From Mizuhopecten yessoensis (lineage: Eukaryota): a stretch of DNA of 64,000 nucleotides. The position numbers were made by a program, and so were the translations under genes. This document shows, one piece after another, positions 1 to 14,289 of the stretch (its first letter is position 1; each line of letters starts with the position of its first letter). The stretch covers positions 12,438 to 76,437 of the forward strand of contig NW_018403780.1 of assembly GCF_002113885.1 (NCBI RefSeq), read 5' to 3'. The notes under the pieces were generated by a model. That model saw nothing but the letters and a program-made list of their open reading frames with translations. It was not told the DNA's origin and did no database searches.

Positions 1-280
1 GCTACTTTGTAAGAAAGCTAACACGCTTTCCATGGCTCCTTTGTAAGAAAGCTAACACGCTGTCCATTGCTCCTTTGTAAGAAAGCTAACACGTTTTCCA
101 TGGCTCCTTTGTAAGAAAGCTAACACGTTTTCCATTGCTACTTTGTAAGAAAGCTAACACACTTTCCATGGCTCCTTTGTAAGAAAGCTAACACGCTGTC
201 CATTGCTCCTTTGTAAGAAAGCTAACACGCTTTCCATGGCTCCTTTGTAAGAAAGCTAACACGCTTTCCATTGTTACTTT
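1..280. repeat. 34-bp minisatellite (GCTMCTTTGTAAGAAAGCTAACACGCTTTCCATK), ~8 copies, cut by window start
   Basis: Unit restarts at 1, 35, 69 and so on; no unique spacers. Confidence 0.95.
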
Positions 281-770
281 TCAATACTCCTTTTGCCTTT
301 AGGAAAATTAACGGAGGTTCATACCATAGAATTGAAAGTTTACGGTCATTTGTCAGCCACAGGTCATTAAGGTACTTTAACATGAGACAGTATTACAAAC
401 ACCACTTTTACTTTTAGGACGTACTTATATAATTACTCTTTACACACATCATATCACTTACCGGACGTCGTGCTTCGGTGTCGTGATTTCCTTTATTAAT
501 CGTAACCATTACTTCGAATAAGAATTTTGCATTTACCAAGCTAATATTGTACGTATCATCACATTATAAAAACAAACCGAAAACTTAATATTGAGTGTTA
601 TATGCTACATGTAAATAGATTTATAGACAACTCGGACACATTTTGAATATCAAAATACTGTTTTCCAGCCTTCTAACATATTGCTGTATTGCTAACATCT
701 GAGCCAACAAGAGGGATGGATATACGTTGAAATCACCTGTTTCATAACTGTTGTAACATAAATGAATTTT

Positions 771-1200
771 ATATTATATTGATGTTATTATATTGATGTT
801 ATTATATTTTATTATATTGATGTTATTATATTGATGTTATGATATTGGTGTTATTATATTGATGTTATTATATTGATGTAATTATATTGATGTTAGTTAT
901 TATATTGATGTTATTATATTGATGTTAGTTATTATATTGATGCTATTATATTGATGTTATAATATTGATGTTATAATATTGATGTTATTATATTGATGTT
1001 ATAATATTGATGTTATTATATTGATTTTATCATATTGATGTTATTATATTTTATTATATTGATGTTATTATATTGATGTTATAATATTGATGTTATTATA
1101 TTGATGTTATAATATTGATGTTATAATATTGATGTTATGATATTGATGTTATTATATTGATGTTATGATAGTGATGTTATTATATTGATGTTATTATATT
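771..1200. repeat. 14-bp AT-rich minisatellite (GATGTTATTATATT)n
   Basis: About 30 tandem near-identical units. Confidence 0.95.
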
Positions 1201-4200
1201 TAACCATGTATAGTGTTTACTGTTCGTGTGTGATATCCTGTTACACACCTACAGGTGTATAAGCAAAATGAAAACTTCGAAACACATTTATTTTCTCTTC
1301 TAAAGTAAAACGTTAGTGTGTGCAAATAAACAAAAATAATATGCTGCTTACGCAATTTGATGATCATTAAAAGTAATAAATAAACATGAAATTTTCAAAC
1401 CTTTTAATATGCACGATGACAATCTAATAATCGATAAAACAGGTAGGTAATGAAAAGGTATGTACAACATAAAGAATATCAAATATAACCGTCATTTCCA
1501 AGGCTCTCCGGAACAAAGTATCTTCGATTTCAATTATCGTACGACGCGATGGCTACTTGGTGAAGAATACTCCTATGTTAGCTTATAGGGAAGCGGATAC
1601 ACGTGCGATTTAATAGTTATCTGTTATAGAGCGATTTGTGTATTAAATATAACATCACAAGTATACGTCTGACTGGACGTTTATAATCCCTGTCGCGCCC
1701 TCCTTATCAGCTGTAGCGTGAAGTTAGGTTTAGTTATCTTCTATATCCATACAGAAACCTAACCATGCTTGTTTTGCTGAGACCGGAGATATAAATATTT
1801 GGTTGTTGCTAGCATACCGTTTTCCCCGAGACCGAATAGAGCGTAAAATAGCAAAAGTGCATTGTGACTAGGAAGGGAGCTAACTCCTCGATATCAATAA
1901 TCAATTTGAACTTCCAGGTCAGCGCATATAGCTTTGGTAGGGCTAGTGGGCTGTTGGCAATTTAAAACCCGAGGATTAACCAGGGTGTTTATCCGGGATT
2001 AAGGATTAATATCCGGACTGCTTGTAGGTAAGTACAGTATGTATCTGTTTATAAAACTTTTTTTCTACATTTAATGTAGGGAACGAGCGACTCGCTAGTT
2101 TTATAATTATAAATAATCTGTGTTTGTAAGCATGTGTACCTGGGTAACTTACCTCTATATAACGAGAGGTAAGTTGTTCAATCCAGAATGAAAATGAACA
2201 TTTCTGCCATCAAGGTTACACTTTAATGTCTAAAGTCGTATCTGACCCGTATGACCATCTGAATATATCATGTCAGATGCGACCTTAAGATGTTTCTCCA
2301 ATTTTATTAACTTGTGTCAAAAATAAACATATGGCGCTATGGTAAGCGAAGTTATTTCTCTTGCAAAATCTCTTATGACTTTTGTAAAACATTTTTCCTG
2401 CGTATATGCTTGGCTAGGGCAGACTTAGAAGAAGTTATGCTATTTGAATAGCAAAGCTGATACAAAGCTCATGAAACGAAATGTCTTATAAACAACCTCG
2501 CGTTATTAAGTTATACACAAATTCAGTTCGGATCCTCAATCGTTACAATGCCTTAACGGCATCATACCAATAGAAACTTCATCATATGGAGTTATGTAAA
2601 TCTATTGAAAAAACAAAATCTGAAACAACAACATGTGTTATGAAGTAACGCATGACAAGAAAAGGTGAAACGCAATAAAAGAACACACAGTGTAACACAG
2701 TGTAACATCATTATGGAATATCAAGATTAAAAGGAAGTTTGAAAGAGAAGAGTTTTCAAAGACGTCCTTTAAAATGCTTAGTATCCCGAACACAATGCCG
2801 GAGGGGTTGTAGCTATTCCATCGGTTTACGTGAGTCAATGTGCGTGTCCAGAATATAAAAAAAGCCCATTGACAGTGATCCGAGAGGCCTTGTTGAAATG
2901 AAAGGGAGATCAAGTATCTTGGGGTACTCTGGACAATATCCATGTATAGCATTGACTAATCTGTTCTGGGGACGTAAGGAAAAGAACCTGTATTTTGCAC
3001 TCCCTTTTGCCGCATAAATAAGGTAATAGCAATTAAATACAGTTATGTATTTCCCTTGTGTAATTTATCCAAATGTCGCCAATACAGTGATCATTGTCTT
3101 GTCGGGTATGTTGGCGGAACCGAGCAATGCAACCAATATGTATTACCTGGAAGTGTAATGGTTTATTACCAGATGTCATTTGGCTCATTTTGGCAGACAG
3201 GAAACTGTATCAGAAGATTCCTATATTCCTCATAAATGGCACGGCCTTCACGCAACCGGTACTACTGTTCAGCTGATAGCAGCTTAAACGTTTATAATCT
3301 AAACATGGTCACTTCCTCACCTTCACTTCTCAGTAACCTTATATAAAGTATCCGTTTGTCATTCACATTCCATTCTGATACTATGGCGATAAATAATTTT
3401 AATCCTAAACCAAATAAGATATCGTTTTTAAAATATATAATGTTGAATATATTCATATGGCAACATTTCATTAACTTGTATTGATAGTTCATTTATAACA
3501 CAACATTAAATTGATAAAGATATCTGCTGTGTAATTATCTAATGCACACAACTTCATGCTTTATATTAAACAACAGAAATACAAAAACCCAGTAAATTTG
3601 AAAACAACATTAAAAAATGTATCAATGAACAATCGAATCGCTAAATTGCAATACAATTTTGTATATATATATTATCGTGATGCTACATTGACGATAGGAT
3701 AAACATTGTTTCCCAAGTAACGTTATATTCAGCAGCATGAGCCCATTAATATCTAAAACCTCATTAACTTGACATAATCTCGGGATCGGGTTGTTCAAAT
3801 TCTGATTAGCTTATGGTATCGTTAACGCAAACTTTCGAAATATGATTTAAGGGTGCAATCTAAAGCATTTCCAATATAGTTATTGTTTTCGCCATTAAAT
3901 GGCGATTTTGCGTCTTAACACATACAATTTTATTTTGAAATGTTTGTCTTATTCAAAATATGATGGTTTAAAAATTACGTGAAATTGTCGTTAAGCTTAA
4001 CAGACCTTTTGTTCAACAAACAATGATAAGGCCGCACTAAACCGGTCATCTTTTAAAGATCCAATGCTCAACCTGAAGTTTCCCATTAAAGGCATAGTAT
4101 CCATACATCGACAGACGCTAGAGGTTTACGGTGATTTAAACTACAGCGAAAGATACGGTCACTGAGACAGCGAAAGATTATTCATGTTCAATGTAATACA

Positions 4201-5583
4201 ACCTTCTATTTATTACCGTATAAGCACACTGCAAAATGGAGGGGTTTCGTGTGTGTCCCTCGCAGAGGACCATTTGGAAAGTTTTGAAATCATTACCGAG
4301 TTCTTTCGCGTTATTATGTTACAAAGGCTAGAAATCATAAACAATCATACCATGACAGGCCTGATCTATTGATAACGATATAAATTACTCTGCTGGACGG
4401 TCGATTAATTAAACATATACTTTGCCTGTTAGTTGTTATATCGATATTATCGTGCTATTTATTTTGCAAAGTAAAGAACGTGAAGCCGACTTGATAAATG
4501 GACTAATATAATACAATGTCTCTGTGTCCAAATTTCTGGTACAACACAGTTATTTTATGTCTTCAAGTGTTTAAGTATATATATAATCGATTGATTGCTG
4601 ATAAAGTTTGTTAACATTACGGACAAAGAGTTTGACAAACTTTAAAATTCCGCAAAGGTCTTGAAATGTTATGGGTCATTTTCAGCCTCATAAAATCTCA
4701 ACATGAATTTATTGACCATTTTCTTTGATAAACATCTTAAGCAACGTTTAAGCATGCCAAATACTGATGGGTGACGCACGCGGAAGCTTTAAAAAAAATA
4801 AGGTGTTTAGTTGATTTGCTTCAAAATGGCAAATTTCGTAAACAAGAGTATAATTCATACCACAGCCATGCGCGTGCCAATTAACGTCTCTAATGGGTTA
4901 TATATTCCATTAACGGTTGATCATGCACGTTGTACCTGGATCTGTTGATGTCAATTTACACTTATATCTTGTTTATCATCTATTCACACATGTATCATGG
5001 TAATCATTTATTATGTATATCAGTTAAGTCCCTGAAGAGATTCGTGACGTATATTGGATACTACGAACTATGGCTAAATTCAATCATGCATAGCGTGTAC
5101 CATAAATTCTAACCGATTGAATATAGGTATCTGTGAATAAGAACAAGTGTTGGTTTTGATTTTCACTTCAATAAGTAACAGTTTAATGGAATTGGTGGTG
5201 TGTATTGGTGACATGTCTATCTAAACGTCTAGATTGTTAGTACCGAGTTGTCTTCCTTCATTACACGTGTGTTAACATGTGAATCTGAGATCTGTTCCTA
5301 AACAGGAATTATTATGTGCCGGAGTGTGTAACCAGATTCTCTCTTCAAGGGTGAATATTGTTATCATTTGTTACCTGTTGTCGTAATATACAGTAATCGA
5401 TTTTGACCTCGCATTACAGTTTTGTTTACAACTCGGTTTTTTTGTTTCCTTTTCATTACAGCTTTAAGATTAAGGTAGAAGGCCCAAACACTTTTTACTG
5501 TATACCTTAGAAGGTTATTTAACTGCTAAATGTGTGATATTTCCTCTATATTAACATCATGGCATTGCATCAGTGTACAAATG

Positions 5584-6270
5584 TACAACTTTAACATATG
5601 CACATTATAGAGAGTAATGGGGAAATGTTATTACAGAACCCTATATAACGTTACAACCTTAACATATGTACGTTATAGAGAGTAAGGGGGAAATGTTATT
5701 ACAGAACCCTATATAACGTTACAACTTTAACATATGTACATTATCGAGAGTAAGGGGAAATGTTATTACAGAACCCTATATAACGTTACAACCTTAACTT
5801 ATGTACATTATAGAGAGTAACGGGAAATATTATTACAGAACCCTATATAACGTTACAACCTTAACATATGTACATTATAGAGAGTAAGGGGAAATGTTTT
5901 TTACAGAACCCTATATAACGTTACAACCTTAACATATGTACATTATAGAGAGTAAGGGGAAAATGTTATTACAGAACCCTGTATAACGTTACAACCTTAA
6001 CTTATGTACATTATAGAGAGTAAGGGGAAATGTTATTACAGAACCCTGTATAACGTTACAACCTTAACATATGTACATTATAGAGAGTAAGGGGAAATGT
6101 TATTACAGAACCCTATATAACGTTACAACTTTAACATATGTACATTATCGAGAGTAAGGGGAAATGTTATTACAGAACCCTATATAACGTTACAACCTTA
6201 ACATTTGTACATTATAGAGAGTAAGGGGAAATGTTATTTCAGAACCCTATATAACGTTACAACCTTAACA
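5584..6270. repeat. 67-bp minisatellite, ~10 copies
   Basis: Unit TACAACCTTAACATATGTACATTATAGAGAGTAAGGGGAAATGTTATTACAGAACCCTATATAACGT repeated head to tail. Confidence 0.95.
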
Positions 6271-7407
6271 TGTGATTAATGAACAATTCAAATTGTTGTC
6301 AGTAAAAACAAAGACTTCTAAAGCAAAACATGATAATCAAAACACATCAATGTTATCTATCGAAACCTATCTATAGTACTGAAATGATATCAGATGTTCG
6401 TGATTTTGTTGTATTCGTATTTTCAAATATCCCATATCCAACATTTGAGCGACCGGGGCCTGGATGATATAAGTAATATTAACGTATAGCGTGCCAGAAC
6501 AAATTCCAGATACAAGGCTACGGCCAACCTTGGTGACGGCTAGTCTACATGTAGACTCAAGTACTTTGTATGATGTAAAGTTTTGATGTTTTTGTTCTAA
6601 AATCGAATTTCAACGTTATAATCCAGAATGCATTATTCCCGAAGTAGGTAGATAAGTGCAATATACTGTTGGTCACCTTTGTGATGTCAAGATTACGAAT
6701 TTCATATTACGGCAAACATATGTAATCCTTTATCAGTGATTTACATGAATTTATTGATGTATGTTGATGTATGTTCAGCTTAATCGTAATCTAATATGAC
6801 ATTTGTCGACATTAAGAAGTGTGTTCCGACAACAATATGTTTAGTTAACTTGTCGTTTACAATACTTTATTATCTGCTAAACACCAAGTTATCACCAATA
6901 GTTGTTTTGCGCTCTGGTTAAGCATAGTGCATACTATTTTTTCAAACCTCTATCTACTTCCTAGGCTTTCACGTCAAAAACACTTTGTTCCGTAAGTATG
7001 TCTGAAAGTCGATACGAATGTTTGAAATAAGGGTGAATAAGTTACAGCAAAAACAATGTAATACCGAAGTATCAACAGGACTTTAATTCGAACTTAATGC
7101 CAGGTTGTCGAAGTGAGAACCGGTGTAATGCCAATGAAATAACAAGCCATTTTGTATTCATATCACGTAAGGAAGTGTTATTTTCCCCGATGATTATCAG
7201 TATGTCGATCATAAAGCTTTTAAAAAGTGTGTATAATGGCGAATAAATTAACATTGGCTGCTTCAGATATATTGCAAAGAACAAAAGCAATTATCAACAG
7301 CGCATAACATCAACATGTTTATTTCTTTGTGAAACTAAGGCACACTTTTCCCAATGAGAAACAGGGACTGCAGATTACTCATCCTTTGTTCTTCTGTCCA
7401 ACTGAGC

Positions 7408-9186
7408 TATAGACAAAATCCTTATAGCACGTACAGTAACAAGTGAGTATTCACCGCTGTGACCTACCCATTCTGTGAAAAGTATTCACCACTGTGACCT
7501 GCCCACTCTGTGGAAAGTATTCACCACTGTAACCTGCCCACTCTGTGGAAAGTATTCCCCACTGTGACCTGCCCACTCTGTGGAAAGTATTCCCCACTGT
7601 GACCTGCCCACTCTGTGGAAAGTATTCCCCACTGTGACCTGCCCACTCTGTGGAAAGTATACACCACTGTGACCTGCCCACTCTGTGGTAAGTATTCACC
7701 ACTGTGAATAGACAAAATCCTTATAGCACGTACAGTAACAAGTGAGTATTCACCGCTGTGACCTACCCATTCTGTGAAAAGTATTCACCACTGTGCCCTG
7801 CCCACTCTGTGGAAAGTATTCACCACTGTGACCTCCCCACTCTGTGGAAAGTATTCACCACTGTGAACTGCCCACTCTGTGGAAAGTATTCACCACTGTG
7901 AACTGCCCACTCTGTGGAAAGTATTCACCACTGTGACCTCCCCACTCTGTGGAAAGTATTCACCACTGTGACCTCCCCACTCTGTGGAAAGTATTCACCA
8001 CTGTGACCTCCCCACTCTGTGGAAAGTATTCACCACTGTGACCTCCCCACTCTGTGGAAAGTATTCACCACTGTGACCTCCCCACTCTGTGGAAAGTATT
8101 CACCACTGTGACATGCCCACTCTGTGGTAAGTATTCACCACTGTGGCCTGCCCACTCTGTGGTAAGTATTCACCACTGTGAATAGACAAAATCCTTATAG
8201 CACGTACAGTAACAAGTGAGTATTCACCGCTGTGACCTACCCATTCTGTGAAAAGTATTCACCACTGTGCCCTGCCCACTCTGTGGAAAGTATTCACCAC
8301 CGTGACCTGCCCCCTCTGTGGAAAGTATTCACCACCGTGACCTGCCCGCTCTGTTGAAAGTATTCACCACTGTAACCTGCCCACTCTGTGGAAAGTATTC
8401 ACCACCGTGACCTGCCCGCTCTGTTGAAAGTAGTCACCACTGTAACCTGCCCTCTCTGTGGAAAGTATTCACCACCGTGACCTGCCCATTCTGTGGAAAG
8501 TATTCACCACTGTAACCTGCCCACTCTGTGGAAAGTATTCACCACCGTGACCTGCCCGCTCTGTTGAAAGTAGTCACCACTGTAACCTGCCCTCTCTGTG
8601 GAAAGTATTCACCACCGTGACCTGCCCCCTCTGTGGAAAGTATTCACCACTGTGACCTGCTCATTCTGTGGAAAGTATTCACCACTGTGACCTGCCCCCT
8701 CTGTGGAAAGTATTCACCACTGTGACCTGCTCATTCTGTGGAAAGTATTCACCACTGTGACCTGCTCATTCTGTGGAAAGTATTCACCACTGTGACCTGC
8801 CCATTCTGTGGAAAGTATTCACCAGTGTGACCTGCCCACTCTGTGGAAAGTATTCACCCCTGTGACCTGCCCAGTTTGTGGAAAGTATTCACCACTGTGT
8901 CCTGCCCACTCTGTGGAAAGTATTCACCACTGAGACCTGCCCACTCTGTGGTAAGTATTCACCACTGTGGCCTGCCCACTCTGTGGTAAGTATTCACCAC
9001 TGTGGCCTGCCCACTCTGTGGTAAGTATTCACCACTTTGACCTGCCCACTCTGTGGAAAGTATTCACCCCTGTGACCTGCCCAGTTTGTGGAAAGTATTC
9101 ACCACTGTGTCCTGCCCACTCTGTGGAAAGTATTCACCACTTCTGTGAAAAGTATTCACCACTGTGACCTGCCCACTCTGTGGAAA
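7408..9186. repeat. 35-bp minisatellite (TTCACCACTGTGACCTGCCCACTCTGTGGAAAGTA)n with higher-order blocks
   Basis: 35-bp period (for example GCCCACTC at 7501 and 7536). A leader ATAGACAAAATCCTTATAGCACGTACAGTAACAAGTGAG recurs at ~7408, ~7708 and ~8182. Confidence 0.95.
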
Positions 9187-9924
9187 GGCCGCGTGTTCGT
9201 GTCCTCCGGATTACATTTATGTCTGTGAAAACATAGTAAAGGAGATTATTGTACAAACCGTCCTGCTCGTGCGTGTGCGTCATTTTAACCGAGGTCAATT
9301 GCAAACGACTACATGTACATTACTCCTCGCTGTGTCGTAACGAACGTTGAATAACGTGGGGTTTTATTGATGACACATACTACTGTTATTGAGATTCAAA
9401 TATTCAACAACTTGTTTGATCATTGATTTGTATTTCCAATGTTTGCTTTGATTCTGCTCATCAAAACATTCTGTTGAAAATAATAGATATTATATGCAAT
9501 ACTGTAGTGGTGTGTGCAATTGTCAGGCCAATGTAATAGTGAAAATTACATTCGAAAAAAACAATCAATTTTACAACGACCTCTGAACACTGGAAGATGG
9601 AATTTATTCTGGAATGATTTGCATGCAATACTAGTTAAATTTGTATTTCTGTTGAAGCCAAAACTTGTTAAGGATGGCCGTTAAGTGTTTTACTGATACC
9701 TTCCTAATTTTACTGTTTTTCTACCTGTTCGTTGACGTTTATTGCCACTAAGTAATCCTAAACGGACTAGATGGCAGTAATTTATTCTTTGGTTGGCTCT
9801 TTGTATTGCCTTAAGTATTTTTTTATATTTTTGCATCTCTACTTCGTATTGGTAGTGACAATTTCGTTATATCATTATTTCCTCTATCTGGCCAATCCGG
9901 TTTACTAAAAGTAATATGGCAAAG

Positions 9925-10050
9925 AGTGGTCTGGTGGTGAAGCACTCACCTTTCACCAAGCTGGCAGAGGCTCGATTCCTTGATTGGACGTGAATGGTAT
10001 GTGATCTCTTGCCCAATCACGTGGGATTGTTATCGGTGGTCCGCCGTCCG
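9925..10050 (+). mobile_element. Degenerate tRNA-derived SINE (same family as 33526-33690)
   Basis: A-box-like TGGTCTGGTGG, then TCACCAAG, B-box-like GGCTCGATTCC, and TTGCCCAATCACGTGGG matching TTGCCCGACCACGCGGG of the 33.5 kb copy. Confidence 0.6.
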
Positions 10051-12243
10051 CTCAAATAATAGACCTATATAAACGCTATTTTCCGGGTCAACAAGAATTA
10101 AAATATAAGTTAAACTTGAATTAACTATTTCAAATAGATAAATATCATCAACATTGTATACTTTGATGTTTATCTCTACAAGGGAGCAAGGAAACTTGAA
10201 AACTGAAAATGAAATGATGATGAGAGTGCTTTGTGGTATTGATGAGAACATGTGGATGATGGTTTAAAAGGTCTATCTATCGAACACGCCAAAATAGTCA
10301 TTTAACTAATTCTTATTTTGTCACATATGATATGAGCATATTTCATATATTCTCTAACTGATTTTATTAGTAATACTTCAATTTTACTGTCGATACATAA
10401 GAAAAAGCTACAATTTTCTAACTTAACATCCCTGCGGTTATAAAGAATAAAGGAGCTAGAGTCAGTGGGTCTGTAGAGTACACTACGTATACACAACGAT
10501 CCTATTGTAGGGTTTACATGGTGTTTAATCACCCACATTTATAATACAAAGGGAATAACACCACGCACTCGTGTAAATATATTTAGTGTTGAAGGTGACT
10601 TGGTTCTTTGGATCAATATTTACATACCTTGGATTAAAGACCTACTTGTGAAGTTAACAGTGGTATTTAGTGGATTTTCGACGTGCTTCAAAGATGTTAT
10701 TTTTATTTTATTTATACCAAACAAACTATGGACTTAGCAGGTTGTTGTGTGGTTGTATTTATCTAACTATTCAAGATGTAGTTTTCATTGTACTCGTTAT
10801 ATTCCTACTTACGTGTCTTCATGAGAAACAAAAAAGAATCATGATGTTTTTTCCTTTATGTAAATGTATTTAAATGTCAAAACTCTAGCCCATAAAGCGC
10901 AACAAAATGGTATTCTGCTTTTATCGACATCAACATAATTCCTTCATCTTTTGTAGTTTACATTACAAAGCCTCAAATACATAATAACTAGGTGTGATAT
11001 TTAGGGTATGTTATTAACAAATGGCTGTGAAAAGGACGTAAATCCTTCACCTTAAGACTCGCGGTTCATATCTGATGCAATGCCATGTTATATGGCGACG
11101 GTTTCCCCATCGAATTACTGTATAAAAGTTGCATAAACTATTTGAAGCATCTCCAGGTTTCTCCATAGAAACAATTTAGAGTAAAATGAAACCAATTACA
11201 CAACAGCATCGAAATAGGAATGCAACAAGTTAAACGAACATGTAAATTAAAGGAAATGCTTTATATTATTGAGAAATATGTCACCGCACATAACAAATAT
11301 AATGCTTAATTCATCACAACATGTTATAAGATATGTAATTTAAAATACTAGATACGTCATCAAAATATCAAATAAAAATATAAGCAATGAATTTTATTTC
11401 CAGTTTTCCGAAATCAATATCGATGTTTTACGATACAACGAGTTAGACTCTGCTTGTCGATTTCTAACTCCAAAATCTTTACCACCACCCTCATAGCCAC
11501 TGTGATCTCTTTTGAGGAGCGGCACGTTTCATAATATGTTCGCTTTACTCGTTAATAATTTTTAATAAACCAGTACCCCTTTGATTTTTAAAACTCATAA
11601 AATTAAATCCATCTCCCCTTTTGTTTTAAGAGTTGGTAAGACCAGTTCGGAATCCTATGTTGTTGGCCCCAAGTATCACCGCTGACTCATAGAAGGACGA
11701 AACAGCTGTATGATGCAGTGTTATTCCTTTTAGCATACTGTATCTAACAATCACTCGTGTGTGACCTACGCTCATTATCTATATTTCTCATCATATATGA
11801 TGGGAAATAATGTTATAAATACCTTAACTATCTTTATAGACAGAGGGTAAAATCAAGACTTTACGATACGAGAAAATAGGGAATCTAAATATTAGGTCTG
11901 CGGTATTTAGAAATATAAAAATAAAATAAAATTGACGATGGTACTTGATTACATGAACAGGGTTGTCACGACTATTAACCTGTGCTCTATAAACGGACGT
12001 TTAACAGTGACATAACGTCCTTTGTCCTGTTTATAATGCACTCAGCACGTGGGCGTTAAGAACGACTGTCCATTTCACTTTGTGTGTATTACACTCAGCA
12101 TTAGACGATGTTAAACAGGGACACTAACTGTCTTGCACTCTACATGTAATGAAATATTGATAGGACGTCAAATTGGAAATACTTAGGCACAATATATGTA
12201 AAGCATTTATTTTTGTAAGTAGTAGAGAAAGATAATTAATCGC

Positions 12244-12582
12244 TATAATTCGAGGTTCTTATATACCGCTTCATCACAACATAGTTCGTAGGTCGTCTCA
12301 AAACGGTTCACAAATTATTATCCGTGGCCTTTGCAACCAGCCAATATCTTTCTCAACTACCTGTGGAGCATAAACCCGGGGCGGCTGCTATTTCGGCGCA
12401 CACAGCTAGCATTCAACCATTCTAGCACTGCCCAACAAAGTACCTCATTTACAGCTGAGTAGACTGGAACAAGCTGAGTAAAGTATCTTGCTCAAAGATA
12501 TAACACAGTGCTGTGACGTGACTCGAACCCGCAACACTTCGGTGATGAGCCCTGCCTCTTACCACTAGACTACCGTTCCTCC
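12244..12582 (-). mobile_element. Near full-length tRNA-derived CORE-type SINE
   Basis: Minus strand: A box TAGTCTAGTGG, B box GGTTCGAGTC, CORE-like TCTTTGAGCAAGATACTTTACTC, and a LINE-like tail ending AAGCGGTATATAAGAACC. Confidence 0.8.
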
Positions 12583-14237
12583 TAATGCAGCCAGAGAAAC
12601 GTTAGTCGTTAAGCAACATTTCTAGCTGATCTGAATTTGTATTTTCTTAATGCTGTATTCATACATTGACTGTTAGAAAATGGGGAACAGACATTTTCTA
12701 ACGTGTGAATGACATAATATGCCTCAAAACGACACGTATGAAAATGGCGTCCTAATCAAAACATACGTTTTATTCATAGTACATTATATGACACACACAA
12801 AATAAAATGTGGTTGTAGATTCTGATGCGTATTACCTCTATTCAAATTCTCTGAGGAAATTATTCAAGAGGGTAACGTTTTATTTTTAAGAATTTAGCGT
12901 AAATGTATGCAAGCATAGATCTGGAATTCACGAAGCACGTGAATGATTATCTATATATAGCGTAATTAGAACCGTCTGAGTGCAACGCGAATCTAGTCCA
13001 CACGAACCAGGTCGGAATGCATGTTTCCTAAGTTATGGGTACTTGAAATATACATTATCTACGGGAGTGTCAAACATACGACAGTTCTGTGGCTGTACTA
13101 CTGGATGTAAACGCGTTATGAACTTCGATGTTTATTTATTTAGGAAACAAAACAATAAGAGGATACCGAGGTGTCAACAAATGTATACTTAGAAATCAAA
13201 ATCGGAAAAAGGGCAAAATTTTAAGAAAGGAACAATTTATATAGGGACCCTTGAAAATAAGAAATCAGACCATTCGTTCCGGAAAGAAAAACGTCTGCTG
13301 GTTCATAGACGAGACTCGCTATGTAAATCAAAGTTACATTTAAGTATCTCAAAGCGAGGACGATGATTGTGAAAACTAAACAACACGACACCATGATGAA
13401 AGTAACCACAAATATCGACCATCATATCACACAACGAAAGCACAATAATTCAATTCGAATGTATATGGTCTAATTCGACGGAATAAAAGTTGATTTTCTA
13501 AACACTAAACAAAAACATGAAAGCAATAATGGAGGTAATGTATTACAGCATTGATTTATTAATTACTTAATTACGTCATTTAAACCGTTCTTAAAAGCCT
13601 ACTTTGGAATATAATACTCCATATTGATCTATAAATTTTACCTGGACATTTAATATTTTGCATATAATAAACATAATAGACGTTTCTGTTCTATAATTGT
13701 ATTCCATCGACTGATATGAGCTATACTAATCTTGTACAACGTAGGTATTGAATACCTGTGTTTTGTCAACAGTAAATGTCGGCTACCCATCTATAGGGAA
13801 TGCTGCCAGCACACGAAGTGTTATTGTTGATGTGGTCGCCTTCGTGATAAATGGATTGTTTATGAAGGTGCTTATTTCAAATAGAATTTAGAAGATCTAC
13901 ATTGATTATAATGGTTGTGTTTACATCGTTTGAGTAGGGCATGTTCAAAAAGCATTTAAATTACTTGATCGTGTCGGCGGTCGTTTTATCGAACATGATT
14001 AGAAATAGGAGTGATTCTAGCATACGTCATCTACGGCAGAAAGTAGCCTCAGCTCCGTCTAGTTATGCAACTTTACCAATACCAATATATACTAACTTTA
14101 CTTACAGGGAGTCAGTTTGACCTTACGTCGCTCTCTTTGGCCCTGTAACAACCATACCACAACACTGAGTGTTCACATGTTAAGGATAGAACAACAATTA
14201 TGAGAGGTTCTTTTTACACAACCAATAAGCTTTTCTA

Positions 14238-14289
14238 TGTGACGTTTCGATGACTAGTACGATACGTACACTGTCACCTACATCAGACA
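14238..14289 (-). ncRNA. Minimal type I hammerhead ribozyme-like motif (Penelope pLTR type), core variant
   Basis: Minus strand: TGT-CTGATGTA-GGTGAC[agt GTACG tat CGTAC ta]GTCATC-GAAAC-GTC-ACA. Stem I, stem II and the GUC site all pair; A9 is replaced by T. Confidence 0.6.

Noticed and set aside
7451-9186. CRISPR-like 35-bp repeats, and CxxC zinc-finger-like ORFs (CPLCGK)
   Set aside because: Units are contiguous with no unique spacers and there are no cas genes. The 35-bp period cycles through frames and hits TGA about every 105 nt, so the ORFs are repeat artefacts.
12500-12582. Possible tRNA gene (also at 33526 and 9925)
   Set aside because: A and B boxes are present, but there is no complete cloverleaf and each continues into SINE body sequence.
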